Virus record (IMG/VR): IMGVR_UViG_3300028654_000001
Span: 372,001 to 436,000 of that record
Length of the DNA stretch: 64,000 nucleotides
Reading direction: 5' to 3' (one strand)
Each line of letters opens with the position of its first letter. The stretch's first letter is position 1. Below are positions 46,905 to 56,283 of this stretch, one piece after another. Under the pieces are notes generated by a model. The model saw nothing but the letters and a program-made list of their open reading frames with translations. It was not told where the DNA came from and did no database searches. The translations under genes and the position numbers were made by a program.

Positions 46905-48937
46905 AGGTCTACCTTTGCCCTGCCCATCTGAACCGATACCTTCTCTGGCTTCACCGGTTCTGGGTTGAGATCAATGTTCATCGAGGTCATAGCGTACTCC
47001 GCCACGATCGAGTGAGATGGAATCATAAGGCTCTGGAGGTCATGCTCAGTTGAGTCACCAGATGCCAGGATCTCCCTCTGCATTGCCGTCTTGTCTGCAT
47101 AAGGGGGATCCACTACCAACGGCTTTGCATACTTCGAGCAAGTCCCCGGAACGGCCTGATGAATACAACTCGAGCACTTCGGGCCAATCTTAACATAAGG
47201 GACCTGTCGAGCTCTATGAAGCCTACCACCCTCCTCACACCCACGAGAATAGTCCTCATAGACTGTTGGATCGATGAAGAAGATCCCTTGAAGACCCTGT
47301 TCAGCGAGTGTAGTCTTGAGCAAGTCAGTAGCTGCCCTAATGTCTGTATTGGCAAACTTGGACTTGAGGAGACCTAGAAGCTGTCTTCCGTAGAGACCCT
47401 CATTCATGTATCGAGAAGCAGTCTTCAGGATCTCGTGGTTCAAGATATCCCGCTTGGTCAGGTCTTTGGCTTCCTTATCGTACTTGTACCCGTTGAATTC
47501 TTGCTCAATATAAGCTCGAAGCGGGGTGTTGGCCTTCTTAGGAGTAGTAGCTGTCCTGTAAATAGCCTTGATAGCTTCAGCAGGCGTTGCACCCCAAGCC
47601 ACCTTGTCAGATCCTGTCTCTAGGTTGCCAGCCTGACGATGCTCCCATAGGAGGGCGTTGACCGTCTCTTGTGTATACAGGTCCTCAGCCTTGGCAACCA
47701 ACCGCTTGCCATACATCATGCACCGAGCCACCTTATTGTAGAGGCACCCAGGGCACCTCCCACCAGCCACAATCCCTTTAATGGATGGGTTGTGCTTAGC
47801 AAGGAAATCGGCTCCCGTATGACAATCATCAAAGGTCTCTTGCGTTGAGTAGGTGGTCCCGAAGTAACCGGCCTCTTTGAAGACGGGCTCCCAAGTTGGC
47901 CTGGTTGCTTTCAGATCATCCAAGGAAAAGGATAGTTTAAGGGACTGCAACAGTTCCTGTTCTCCATGGCCCTTGAGCATCTCCCTACGCAGGAAGGCGG
48001 ATATATCGAATGCCTTCAAGTTCATAGCACTCTTGTTCACTGAGGCGGTCCGACCTGTGGCTACTTCTGGACTCCACGCTAAGTGTTCGTTGACAAGTCC
48101 CTGAGCTTGAGCAGAGATGATCGGTAGATGAACCTTCGGTGGTTCTACAGTAGCCTTAAGGAACTGTAGTGGGTTGACAACTGGCTTCTGCATCTCAGCA
48201 GAATCAGCAACCTTCACATCATCCGCCAAGAGGGCTCGCTTGATCCTACTTCGAGGATCTTCACTCGAGGCTTGAACAATCTGCTTACCCCTAGCGGATT
48301 GATTCCGCTCAACAGCATCTGCGAGAGCTTGGGTGTAGGGTACCTCGAGAACTATCTCTTTCTGAAAAACAGCACAATTCTGGCTAGATCCATGAATGCA
48401 ACCCAGACATCGATCTTTGGCTACAACGAACCTAGAGTCTTGAGCATACCTCTTAACGAAGTCAACCGTTTGACGGCTTGCTTGATGACAAGTGGGGAAG
48501 TCCTCCGAGTCAACGTATAACTTACCTAGAAGCCCGCGCTCAGCTACCACCTGAGTCAGGATCTGACGTGAGGCTACCAGAGTGTCCCGATCAAACCTTG
48601 ACGTCAATTCACCCTTGAACTTCTCAAGGTCAGTCGATTGCATAAGAGCCAACCGAGCCACTTTGATCACCCTCTGAAGGATATCCTCAGATGATAACTT
48701 CCCATGAGCCTGACTAAGATCACCCATGGTCCGAGGGGATTCCTTATTAGGAACCAAATAGGTGGATGGGCTCTTGTCCTCATGACTCCACAACGCCTGC
48801 ATATCAGGAGCTATATCTAGGTTTTGCTTCGGAAGAGTATCCAACTCACGATACTGCTTCTCATCCACATCGAGCCAATCGAGGTTGGCGACGGAGCCTT
48901 CTTTGATGAAACTGGAGATGTCGCCTAGCTCAGCCAT
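46901..48937 (-). CDS. Hypothetical protein with three repeated 4-Cys metal-binding domains
   Basis: Three E.G..G..(Y/F)..C..C..C..C..(Y/F).K.LV modules. Confidence 0.8.
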   Translation of the reverse strand: MAELGDISSFIKEGSVANLDWLDVDEKQYRELDTLPKQNLDIAPDMQALWSHEDKSPSTYLVPNKESPRTMGDLSQAHGKLSSEDILQRVIKVARLALMQSTDLEKFKGELTSRFDRDTLVASRQILTQVVAERGLLGKLYVDSEDFPTCHQASRQTVDFVKRYAQDSRFVVAKDRCLGCIHGSSQNCAVFQKEIVLEVPYTQALADAVERNQSARGKQIVQASSEDPRSRIKRALLADDVKVADSAEMQKPVVNPLQFLKATVEPPKVHLPIISAQAQGLVNEHLAWSPEVATGRTASVNKSAMNLKAFDISAFLRREMLKGHGEQELLQSLKLSFSLDDLKATRPTWEPVFKEAGYFGTTYSTQETFDDCHTGADFLAKHNPSIKGIVAGGRCPGCLYNKVARCMMYGKRLVAKAEDLYTQETVNALLWEHRQAGNLETGSDKVAWGATPAEAIKAIYRTATTPKKANTPLRAYIEQEFNGYKYDKEAKDLTKRDILNHEILKTASRYMNEGLYGRQLLGLLKSKFANTDIRAATDLLKTTLAEQGLQGIFFIDPTVYEDYSRGCEEGGRLHRARQVPYVKIGPKCSSCIHQAVPGTCSKYAKPLVVDPPYADKTAMQREILASGDSTEHDLQSLMIPSHSIVAEYAMTSMNIDLNPEPVKPEKVSVQMGRAKVDL

Positions 48938-50423
48938 TATAGTCTTCCCTGTAGAGATCTTGCTGATCGTTACGGTAATTATGAGTAGTGTAGTCGTACT
49001 TTATGTACGGAACCTCACCCTGCTCCATCCGATAGTCTGTGTTTGGTGAGATATCACGGTCATAGTTGTAGTTCGAGTCATCTCCAGGCATCTGGGAATC
49101 CGCAAACATGAACTCATCGTTGTGAGAGGGTCGCGGGGTAAGTGGGGCATCCTTACCGGGTGGGCTTCCTTGGGGCATCGTTGACTGCCCGAAGAGGCTC
49201 ACGTTGAATTGGTTTCCCTTGTCCCCCTCGTAGTAGTCCGACCGGGATACTCCGTCGGGGCCATCAAAAGGGAGGTCTGAACTCGCGTAGTTCGTCCAAA
49301 AGTCACTCGGAGACAGGGTGTCTTGGTAAGGTCCAGCACCCGGGTTTGGATCCTTGGTATTCGCTCCAGGATCATCAGGTAACTCACTCTGCGGACCCCA
49401 AACACCCCTACCATCTGGGTTTTTAGTTCCGTACCCTTCAGATCCCTGACCTTTGGCCCCATATCCGAGCCCAAAGTCATTGGCTTCAGTTGGGGTATCG
49501 TCATCACTGGGCATTGAGGACTCGCCCCAAACCTCACCAGTGGAATTTCTACTGAGTTGATTATCAAACCAAGAGGGGTAGTTGTACTCACTACCAACCC
49601 CATCGGTCTTGCCCCAGTCATCATCAACTGGCGGGTCATCCTCGTTGTAAGATCCACCGGGACCAGTTTGCTCCCCACGGTCTAAGTGATCTACCCGTGG
49701 CCCAGGAAGTGAACAAGGTGCAACAGACGAGTTAGCGTATTTTAATCTAGCACAAGGGGCTTTCCAATCCGAAGCCTCCTTTGTCTTGTAGGTCTCACCA
49801 GGGGGTTTAGCCTCATTAGTTTCGGGATCACTTCCTTGAGGGACTTGAGAAGCTCCAGTATCCTTCTTCTCATCCTTGATTTGATCCTTCATTTGCTTAG
49901 TCTTGGGTGGACTCTTCTTCTCGACCTCTTCCACCTCATCGTCCCCATAGCGCTCAGGATCCTCTAGGACTTCGTCAGCCTCATCAATGAGTTCTTCTAC
50001 GTCCGAAGCATCGGCATCATCTAGAATCGAGATCTGAGGTCTCCAGTGAGGCGCGTGAATCTCATCGTGAAGGGTGTCCGTGAGTGAGGAGAGGGTCTCA
50101 CAAGCCTCTTGGAGTCGTGACCTAACCTCCTTGACTTTGAGAACGTACCCCTTCCCGCCTAGCATACCATCAGGGGAGATGTCTGAGGACTTGAGCCTAG
50201 CGAATTCCTTGTAGGCTGTTAGGGTGTGACCTAAGGCTACCGAAGTCGAGAACAACGTTCTGGCTAATGGTTTGAGAGCCTTTAGGTCGAAGTCATGGTT
50301 CTTAGGGATCTCACGCTTTCCACCCTCACCCATAGGGGGAGGAACCGGAGGAGTTTTGGGAGGAGAGAGAGGAAGACCTTCTTCCCTCGCAATAACGATT
50401 CTAACCTTTTCACTAGAGTTCAA
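48930..50423 (-). CDS. Acidic, Gly/Pro/Asp-rich hypothetical protein (probable internal head protein)
   Basis: ~500-aa ORF; likely TTG start at 50423 after GGAGG. Confidence 0.75.
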   Translation of the reverse strand: MNSSEKVRIVIAREEGLPLSPPKTPPVPPPMGEGGKREIPKNHDFDLKALKPLARTLFSTSVALGHTLTAYKEFARLKSSDISPDGMLGGKGYVLKVKEVRSRLQEACETLSSLTDTLHDEIHAPHWRPQISILDDADASDVEELIDEADEVLEDPERYGDDEVEEVEKKSPPKTKQMKDQIKDEKKDTGASQVPQGSDPETNEAKPPGETYKTKEASDWKAPCARLKYANSSVAPCSLPGPRVDHLDRGEQTGPGGSYNEDDPPVDDDWGKTDGVGSEYNYPSWFDNQLSRNSTGEVWGESSMPSDDDTPTEANDFGLGYGAKGQGSEGYGTKNPDGRGVWGPQSELPDDPGANTKDPNPGAGPYQDTLSPSDFWTNYASSDLPFDGPDGVSRSDYYEGDKGNQFNVSLFGQSTMPQGSPPGKDAPLTPRPSHNDEFMFADSQMPGDDSNYNYDRDISPNTDYRMEQGEVPYIKYDYTTHNYRNDQQDLYREDYNG

Positions 50424-50434
50424 GAGGCCTCCGA

Positions 50435-50707
50435 TCAAACTTTGAGTGGTGACCCGTTGTCGTCGAACATCCGCTCCACGTACATACCGCCACTGGGCTC
50501 ACGTCTGATTGACCACAGGTCTCTTTCCGCCTTATGGATCAGCTCGTCATTTGATAACCGAATGAACGGACTCAGATCTCGGATGGAGGCTACTCTTACT
50601 CGATGAGGGGTAGGGGTAACCATCTCGGGCTCTCTCTTGAAGAAGGCGTCAAGCCCTGTTGAGCCTTGAACCTCAAAACCACTCAAATCAAAGTTACGGT
50701 TAGACAT
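50435..50707 (-). CDS. Small hypothetical protein
   Basis: ~90 aa; contains an RVRVAS motif. Confidence 0.65.
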   Translation of the reverse strand: MSNRNFDLSGFEVQGSTGLDAFFKREPEMVTPTPHRVRVASIRDLSPFIRLSNDELIHKAERDLWSIRREPSGGMYVERMFDDNGSPLKV

Positions 50708-50715
50708 CCTTAGCC

Positions 50716-51633
50716 TCATGAAACAACAAGACGAATTTCAACGTCTAGATACTGGTTTGAACTGTACCCACTGATGCGAAGCTTCTCAGAATATGTACCT
50801 TGGAAAAGGTTATCTGGAGGTTGTACCGTCACAGTAACCGTTTGTGAGCCCCCAGAATTTATTTCGCCCTCAGATGGCAACCAACTTCTAAGCCAGTTGT
50901 TGCAGAGCCCGGTCAGAGCCCTGATGTCAAATTCCAATACAGATCCAACTGGGCCTGTATTTAGGACATTGAACGACTGTTGAGTCCCAGGGGGGTCAAC
51001 CATTGTGATATGCCCAGATACATCACGAATTGCGTTGAATGTTAGAATGGGTATGCTGGACCCGATGGTAGCTTTCGGTCGAACAATTACTGTAATCCCC
51101 ATTGTCTGTGGGTTATTAGAGGCTGTCGGATCTTGAATGGTAACTCCACCGCTATAGGGGCTATTGGCTGCTAGCAGCGAAGTGGAGTCAACCTCAACGG
51201 TGAACTCACCGCTCTCATTAATGGACAAGTTACCCACTGTAGATGGGTTGACCACAATGAATGGGGCAGATGTAGTGAGGCTCGCTCCAAGGAGAGAACC
51301 GTATACGCCTGCGTTGGTCAAACCAACGGTCTGAGAAGGTGAGAACCCTCTCCCCTCGTCTACCGCAAAGGTGAGCGAGCTTGGTGGACCAATGAGGATG
51401 CTTGGAGCGAAGTTAGCCTGAAGCTCAATAATGCTGTCAGCCATCGCTCTAACAACGGGACCTGGGATCGGAATGGAATCCCGTAGGAGCCCGTACGGAG
51501 ATATCACGTCCCTCACTTGGTAAGTGGGGTTCGATTGGGACACATCGAGTCGAGTAGTCCACTTCCAAGATCCTGGTGGGACTTGATACTCAAACTGGTA
51601 GTCGTGGTAGCGGAGGTTCTGTACGAGTGGCAA
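50716..51633 (-). CDS. Ig-like (BACON-like) repeat virion protein
   Basis: Two beta-sandwich repeats: SLTFAV..QTVGLTNAG..YSGGVTI and LTFNA..QSFNVLNTG..YSEKLRI. Confidence 0.7.
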   Translation of the reverse strand: MPLVQNLRYHDYQFEYQVPPGSWKWTTRLDVSQSNPTYQVRDVISPYGLLRDSIPIPGPVVRAMADSIIELQANFAPSILIGPPSSLTFAVDEGRGFSPSQTVGLTNAGVYGSLLGASLTTSAPFIVVNPSTVGNLSINESGEFTVEVDSTSLLAANSPYSGGVTIQDPTASNNPQTMGITVIVRPKATIGSSIPILTFNAIRDVSGHITMVDPPGTQQSFNVLNTGPVGSVLEFDIRALTGLCNNWLRSWLPSEGEINSGGSQTVTVTVQPPDNLFQGTYSEKLRISGYSSNQYLDVEIRLVVS

Positions 51634-51685
51634 GGCAGTCCTCTAAACTGCCAGGCTACAAATAGAAGCTCAGGTTATCCCAAGG

Positions 51686-52309
51686 TTAGGTGATTGCATC
51701 CCCACCACGGTTACTCCACTGTGGAAGCGATACCGCTCTTAAGATGTTGAAATTTTTAGAGGCTATAGAGGTGAACACCTTAGCGTACGGTATAAAGCGC
51801 TCGTCTTCTTGAGATTTCTTTTCTAAAGCCCTCACTGCTCCAAAGAAGCGATGCCTAACACGACCTTGAGTTAGGTTGAGCCTGGAAGCGACCTCACTCT
51901 GGCACGTTGTCTCCCACATACCCAACATAATGTCTACGTCTATTGGCTTGAGTGGCACTTCCAACAGACTCTTCCTCATCTCTGTTTCTTCGAGCTGAGG
52001 CATAGACGTTAGAAACTTGATCCTTTGAATCCCCCTATCCAATCTGTAGCTGATAGCCGCTTGGGTAACTCCAAAGTAATGAGCAATACTGGCCTGCCTC
52101 ATCTTATCCTTGAAGTACATCTGAATCAAGTCAGCTTCTCTATCAGGGATCTTAGGGAATAATGGTTCTATCTCGTTCTCGTAACTCATCGAAGCAAGGT
52201 CAGAGTCTGCAGGATCGTCTGGATTCTCCATCTCATAGAAGGGGGATGGATCTGGAAATCGATTGGCTATTTCATAGGGGTCTACCGAAATCAGATAACC
52301 TGTGCTCAT
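51686..52309 (-). CDS. Sigma-70 region-4-like tandem HTH protein (transcription regulator or degenerate sigma factor)
   Basis: IPDREADLIQMYF..QASIAHYFGVTQAAISYRL and QSEVASRLNLTQGRVRHRF. Confidence 0.75.
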   Translation of the reverse strand: MSTGYLISVDPYEIANRFPDPSPFYEMENPDDPADSDLASMSYENEIEPLFPKIPDREADLIQMYFKDKMRQASIAHYFGVTQAAISYRLDRGIQRIKFLTSMPQLEETEMRKSLLEVPLKPIDVDIMLGMWETTCQSEVASRLNLTQGRVRHRFFGAVRALEKKSQEDERFIPYAKVFTSIASKNFNILRAVSLPQWSNRGGDAIT

Positions 52310-52322
52310 AGATCAAACTCCG

Positions 52323-54194
52323 TCAGCCAGTTTTGGAGAATCCTGGACCGTGTTGTGGGAAGAAAGAACCCATAATTGACTCAGGTTGGATTGAGCACTC
52401 TCTTAGTGAGTTAATAGCCGCGTCGTAATCAGCAGACGCCTCAGTGATTGGACATTCAACATCCTCACATAGAGCCATCAACTTTAGATTCAAACGAGCT
52501 TGCGTCTCAAAAGCACGGATCTTATCATACTGGGCGGTAGTGATACCTGCCAGATTTGAAGAGTATACGCCGTCTAGTGATTCGTAGTTATTCAAGAGTG
52601 ATGCAATCACTTTCCGGGGTATCCTAGCTACTCCGGGCAGGTTGTCTGAGTCATCGCCGATGAATGCTCGCAAGTGGATCATCTTACGAGGAGCGACCCC
52701 ATACTCTAGCACAACCTTGTCAGGGTCGTACAGGGTCTCTGGTCTAGATCCTACCTTGGGAACCAAAACTAAGTCTGTGTATGTGACCAACTGTAAGAAA
52801 TCTCTGTCTGTGGAAACTACGAAGTTGTGAGCTCCTTTCATTTTTACTTTTACTAGGTGAGCTATTAGATCGTCTGTTTCCTCATCGGGGTTATACGCTT
52901 GATTAACCCCAAACGAAGGCAACATACTTCGAAGTCGAAGCATCTCTTCGTGAACCCCTTCAGTGTGAGGCTCCCTAGTTGCCTTGTAATCAGGATAGTC
53001 CTTAACCCTACGTTGCCGAGACCCATCCCACACAACATAGATGTTTGCCTGACTGAAACGTTTTTTGAGAGCAGCAACACTTCGAAGGAATCCAAAAATG
53101 ATTGAGGTTGGACGCCCCTCACTGTCTATAAGTGATCCACCCTGAACGAACCTCAAAGCCTTTTCGGACCTGTAGGCTAGGTTATGCCCGTCGAAAATTA
53201 GATTCTGTACCATACTAGGTTCCCAATCCGGAATAGAACGCTCAATAACCTCAACAGATTCCTGAATCTTATGCAGTCGATCGAAAACAGTCTGAAGGTA
53301 TGCTAGCTGTAGCTCTTTATTATCGAGAGGAGTCATATCCTCTCGCTCGGTAGTGATCCTATACTTGTGAAATATACCCTTGCCCCTATCAAGGAAAGAG
53401 CAGATCTGCTGGTACTTCTGGTATTTTTCTGACAGTGACACCCCGTTCTCATCTATAATTCTATCAGAGGGGGAGGCCGAATCAGTTACAAGTCTAAGAA
53501 GTCGCCTGCCGCTAGAACACCACTTGTCTAACTGCACTATATTACTGAACTTAGTGGAAACTGTATTGATATTTGGGGTCCTACACTCTACGATGGGTGT
53601 AACTTTTCGTGTCCAATCTCTGATTCTGGTAACCTTCGTAATGAAGGGGGAGTGAAAGTACTGCTCATCATCTCCACTTCTTGGAATGTACCTCAATGAG
53701 GTACGCGGTAGAGTCAGCAAGGACTTCTTAGATCTGAGGTTTATGAATACCTGAACGCTACCTGTCTCAGGTATATCCTCAATGACGCGCCCCCTGAGGT
53801 TCTTGTATGGCTCGCTCATGATTACCACATCATCCCCAACCTCGATACCCTGCTCGGTCTCGATGTGGATCTGACGTCTCATCCGATCGATATCCTTGTC
53901 ATAGACACAAGCTAATCTACGAGATATACTGCTAGTAACCGTTAAAACAGAGGATATATATCGAGTACCCTCCATCTTGAGAAACTCAGCATCAGTTAGG
54001 TCACGCCTAACGAACACATAATTGTCAATCAGCTTGTGAACAACACGGGATCCACCAGGAACCTTTACTACCGAAGCGGGGATGAAGAACTCCTTACCCT
54101 TAACCATTCGATTAAGGGACTTATGAAGAACATCAGGGTCTTCATCCTCACCTTGAGGGTTTAGCTCTAGTACTACCCATTCAGTTGTTGCCAC
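52323..54194 (-). CDS. NusG/RfaH (NGN+KOW) - 5'-3' exonuclease (FEN/Pol I N-domain) fusion
   Basis: N-part: WVVL..FIP..LIDNYVFV..YISSVL..GDDVVIMSEPYKNLRG. C-part: IFDGHNLAYR..VWDG..YKATR..ETDDLI..STDRDFLQL..GDDSDNLPGV. Likely GTG start at 54194. Confidence 0.85.
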   Translation of the reverse strand: MATTEWVVLELNPQGEDEDPDVLHKSLNRMVKGKEFFIPASVVKVPGGSRVVHKLIDNYVFVRRDLTDAEFLKMEGTRYISSVLTVTSSISRRLACVYDKDIDRMRRQIHIETEQGIEVGDDVVIMSEPYKNLRGRVIEDIPETGSVQVFINLRSKKSLLTLPRTSLRYIPRSGDDEQYFHSPFITKVTRIRDWTRKVTPIVECRTPNINTVSTKFSNIVQLDKWCSSGRRLLRLVTDSASPSDRIIDENGVSLSEKYQKYQQICSFLDRGKGIFHKYRITTEREDMTPLDNKELQLAYLQTVFDRLHKIQESVEVIERSIPDWEPSMVQNLIFDGHNLAYRSEKALRFVQGGSLIDSEGRPTSIIFGFLRSVAALKKRFSQANIYVVWDGSRQRRVKDYPDYKATREPHTEGVHEEMLRLRSMLPSFGVNQAYNPDEETDDLIAHLVKVKMKGAHNFVVSTDRDFLQLVTYTDLVLVPKVGSRPETLYDPDKVVLEYGVAPRKMIHLRAFIGDDSDNLPGVARIPRKVIASLLNNYESLDGVYSSNLAGITTAQYDKIRAFETQARLNLKLMALCEDVECPITEASADYDAAINSLRECSIQPESIMGSFFPQHGPGFSKTG

Positions 54195-55626
54195 CAGCAC
54201 CTCTTCCAATCCAGATTCCTTCAAACTCCCTACGCCAATCGGATGGTGGGATGGGAGCTCTTCCATCCCTTGACTTAGTGTCAAAACTGATCGGTTTCTG
54301 CTTCCTACTCTGAGTAGGAAGTTCTTCAGGGATCACAGCCGTGTCATTCTCTGTAAGGGCCTGCATATCTCTTGAACCTAAGTTACCTTTCCCATCCTTC
54401 CGTAGCCCCTCCATGTCTTGTTCAATCGGAGGCGGGACTAAAGTTGTAGTTCTGATGGGTTTGGTTACTTCTACAGTAGGTTCTATAGGAGTGACATTTG
54501 GTTGTGTTTGTGGGGTAGCTGTTTGGACGAAAGTACTGACTGCGATAGTTTGGGTTACTTCTTGTTGGACTTGACGAGTAATAGGCCCTGACCTAAGTCT
54601 TTGATTCAGGGTGGTTATATCACAGATTAGTCCGATCTGTGTTGTATAGCGAGATTTGAGGAAGTGCTCTGCAATAGAAGTTAATCCAGTGCTGTACAGC
54701 TCACTGACTTTTGCGCTAAGTTCTTTGTCTGCGAATGTAAAATCAGCATTCATACCGTTAGCAAGACGAAATGAATTCATTGCAGCCTCAGCAAGACCTG
54801 AAGCTGCTTCCTCAGGGGTGATTCGCTCGCAGACAGAATCAACTAGAGATAGTGCTTGCTTGAGATTAGAGGGTATGTTGAGTAGGATCTCGTAATAAGT
54901 GCTAACTACGGAAAGGTTAAGGTGTTCCCTGACATTAGCCACCTTAACAGGACCCACCTGGGCTATCATCTCCAAGCGGTTCACCACATCTCGTACGTGA
55001 CCCCCAGAGAAGTCTATTACTATGAGTATGGCATCATCCTCATACTCGACCTTCTCCGCTTCAAGGATCCGTTTCATGCGGACAAGGATGTCTTCTCGAG
55101 TCACCCGACGTATCGAATACTCCTCGCACCTAGAGCGAATAGCACCACGAACCTTCTCAGGTTCAGTAGTGCAGAACATACCAAGCATCTTCCTCTCTTC
55201 AAGAGGTTTCAGAAGAACGTCTTGGGCATCCTTCGACATACGATGGCATTCATCGAATAGATAGATCCTCTTCGCTGCCCCCATCACCGTAAATGGTAGC
55301 TCATCGACGATCCTTCTAATTTGTTCTATGTTACCCTGACTAGCTGCATCCTGCTCCACGAAAACCATGGAAGTGTCATTCAAGATCGATAGACAACTCT
55401 CACACGTGTTACACGGTTCTGGGTTATTCTTATCCAGGTTGTGGCAGAGCATTGCCCGTGCAAAGATTCTTGCGAGAGTTGTCTTACCTTGCCCAGATCC
55501 ACCACTGAATATGTAACTAGTGTCGAGAGCGGTCCCGTTCCTCAACCTCGCTTTAAGGAGTTGAACAGTCCCGGTCTGACCTAGTACATCAGAGAAAATC
55601 AAAGGACGATGAGAGGTGTCCCACAT
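54181..55626 (-). CDS. dnaX: DNA polymerase III gamma/tau clamp-loader subunit
   Basis: HRPLIFSDVLGQ, GGSGQGKTTLARI, PCNTCESC, LFDECH, IRSRC. Confidence 0.92.
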   Translation of the reverse strand: MWDTSHRPLIFSDVLGQTGTVQLLKARLRNGTALDTSYIFSGGSGQGKTTLARIFARAMLCHNLDKNNPEPCNTCESCLSILNDTSMVFVEQDAASQGNIEQIRRIVDELPFTVMGAAKRIYLFDECHRMSKDAQDVLLKPLEERKMLGMFCTTEPEKVRGAIRSRCEEYSIRRVTREDILVRMKRILEAEKVEYEDDAILIVIDFSGGHVRDVVNRLEMIAQVGPVKVANVREHLNLSVVSTYYEILLNIPSNLKQALSLVDSVCERITPEEAASGLAEAAMNSFRLANGMNADFTFADKELSAKVSELYSTGLTSIAEHFLKSRYTTQIGLICDITTLNQRLRSGPITRQVQQEVTQTIAVSTFVQTATPQTQPNVTPIEPTVEVTKPIRTTTLVPPPIEQDMEGLRKDGKGNLGSRDMQALTENDTAVIPEELPTQSRKQKPISFDTKSRDGRAPIPPSDWRREFEGIWIGRGAGGNN

Positions 55627-55628
55627 GG

Positions 55629-55766
55629 TTAGAAAACCTCTGAAGTAACAAGCCCTAAATCTTGAAGCCTATCCACAAGGTAAGCTCTCAAGTCTCTGCA
55701 GTCCCAACGAACCTCAATTACACGAACGTTGTGTATGGATGGGGTTACCCCAGAGATGATGTCCAT
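55629..55766 (-). CDS. Small hypothetical protein (45 aa)
   Basis: Not in the ORF track; MDIISGVTPSIHNVRVIEVRWDCRDLRAYLVDRLQDLGLVTSEVF with a GGAG SD, exactly filling the gap. Confidence 0.5.
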   Translation of the reverse strand: MDIISGVTPSIHNVRVIEVRWDCRDLRAYLVDRLQDLGLVTSEVF

Positions 55767-55786
55767 GCTCCACACTACAGTACCCC

Positions 55787-56281
55787 TTAGTTGACTGTAG
55801 CTTGTTGGACTACTTCACTATCTTCACTATCCCCCGTCATGAAACTTAGGTCGAGCTCTTTAGCTACAGAAGCAAAGTTTGATAGATCTTCTGTCCAAGC
55901 TCCGTGCCGACGTAGGATCGAACTGAATTCGTGAACGTCTGGCTCCCTTGTAGCCCACTTCATTTCAGAGGTCTGCTCTTCTTCTTCTCCAGTGCATCGC
56001 TCAAGGAAGTGATCAACAAGAGCTGTTCTCTTGGCACCATCCATCTCATTCCAAACATCCAATGGGATTTCCAGCAAGAAGTCTGGGTGACCTTCCATGA
56101 GAAATTTCTGCTGATCACTTAGTTTCTTCACAGAGCCTAGTACTATCTTACCCCCTTTGGAGCTAGCTTTTTCCTTGAAAATATACCTGATAATGGCAGT
56201 TGCCAGTTCAGGATGGTGGGTGCCAATTAGGCTGTTAGCAAGATTCTCAACTGGTTCTGCTTCAGTATATACTTGAGCCAT
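55787..56281 (-). CDS. Putative phage metallopeptidase-like protein
   Basis: LVDHFLERC...PDVHEFSSILRRHGAW pattern. Confidence 0.65.
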   Translation of the reverse strand: MAQVYTEAEPVENLANSLIGTHHPELATAIIRYIFKEKASSKGGKIVLGSVKKLSDQQKFLMEGHPDFLLEIPLDVWNEMDGAKRTALVDHFLERCTGEEEEQTSEMKWATREPDVHEFSSILRRHGAWTEDLSNFASVAKELDLSFMTGDSEDSEVVQQATVN

Positions 56282-56283
56282 GA

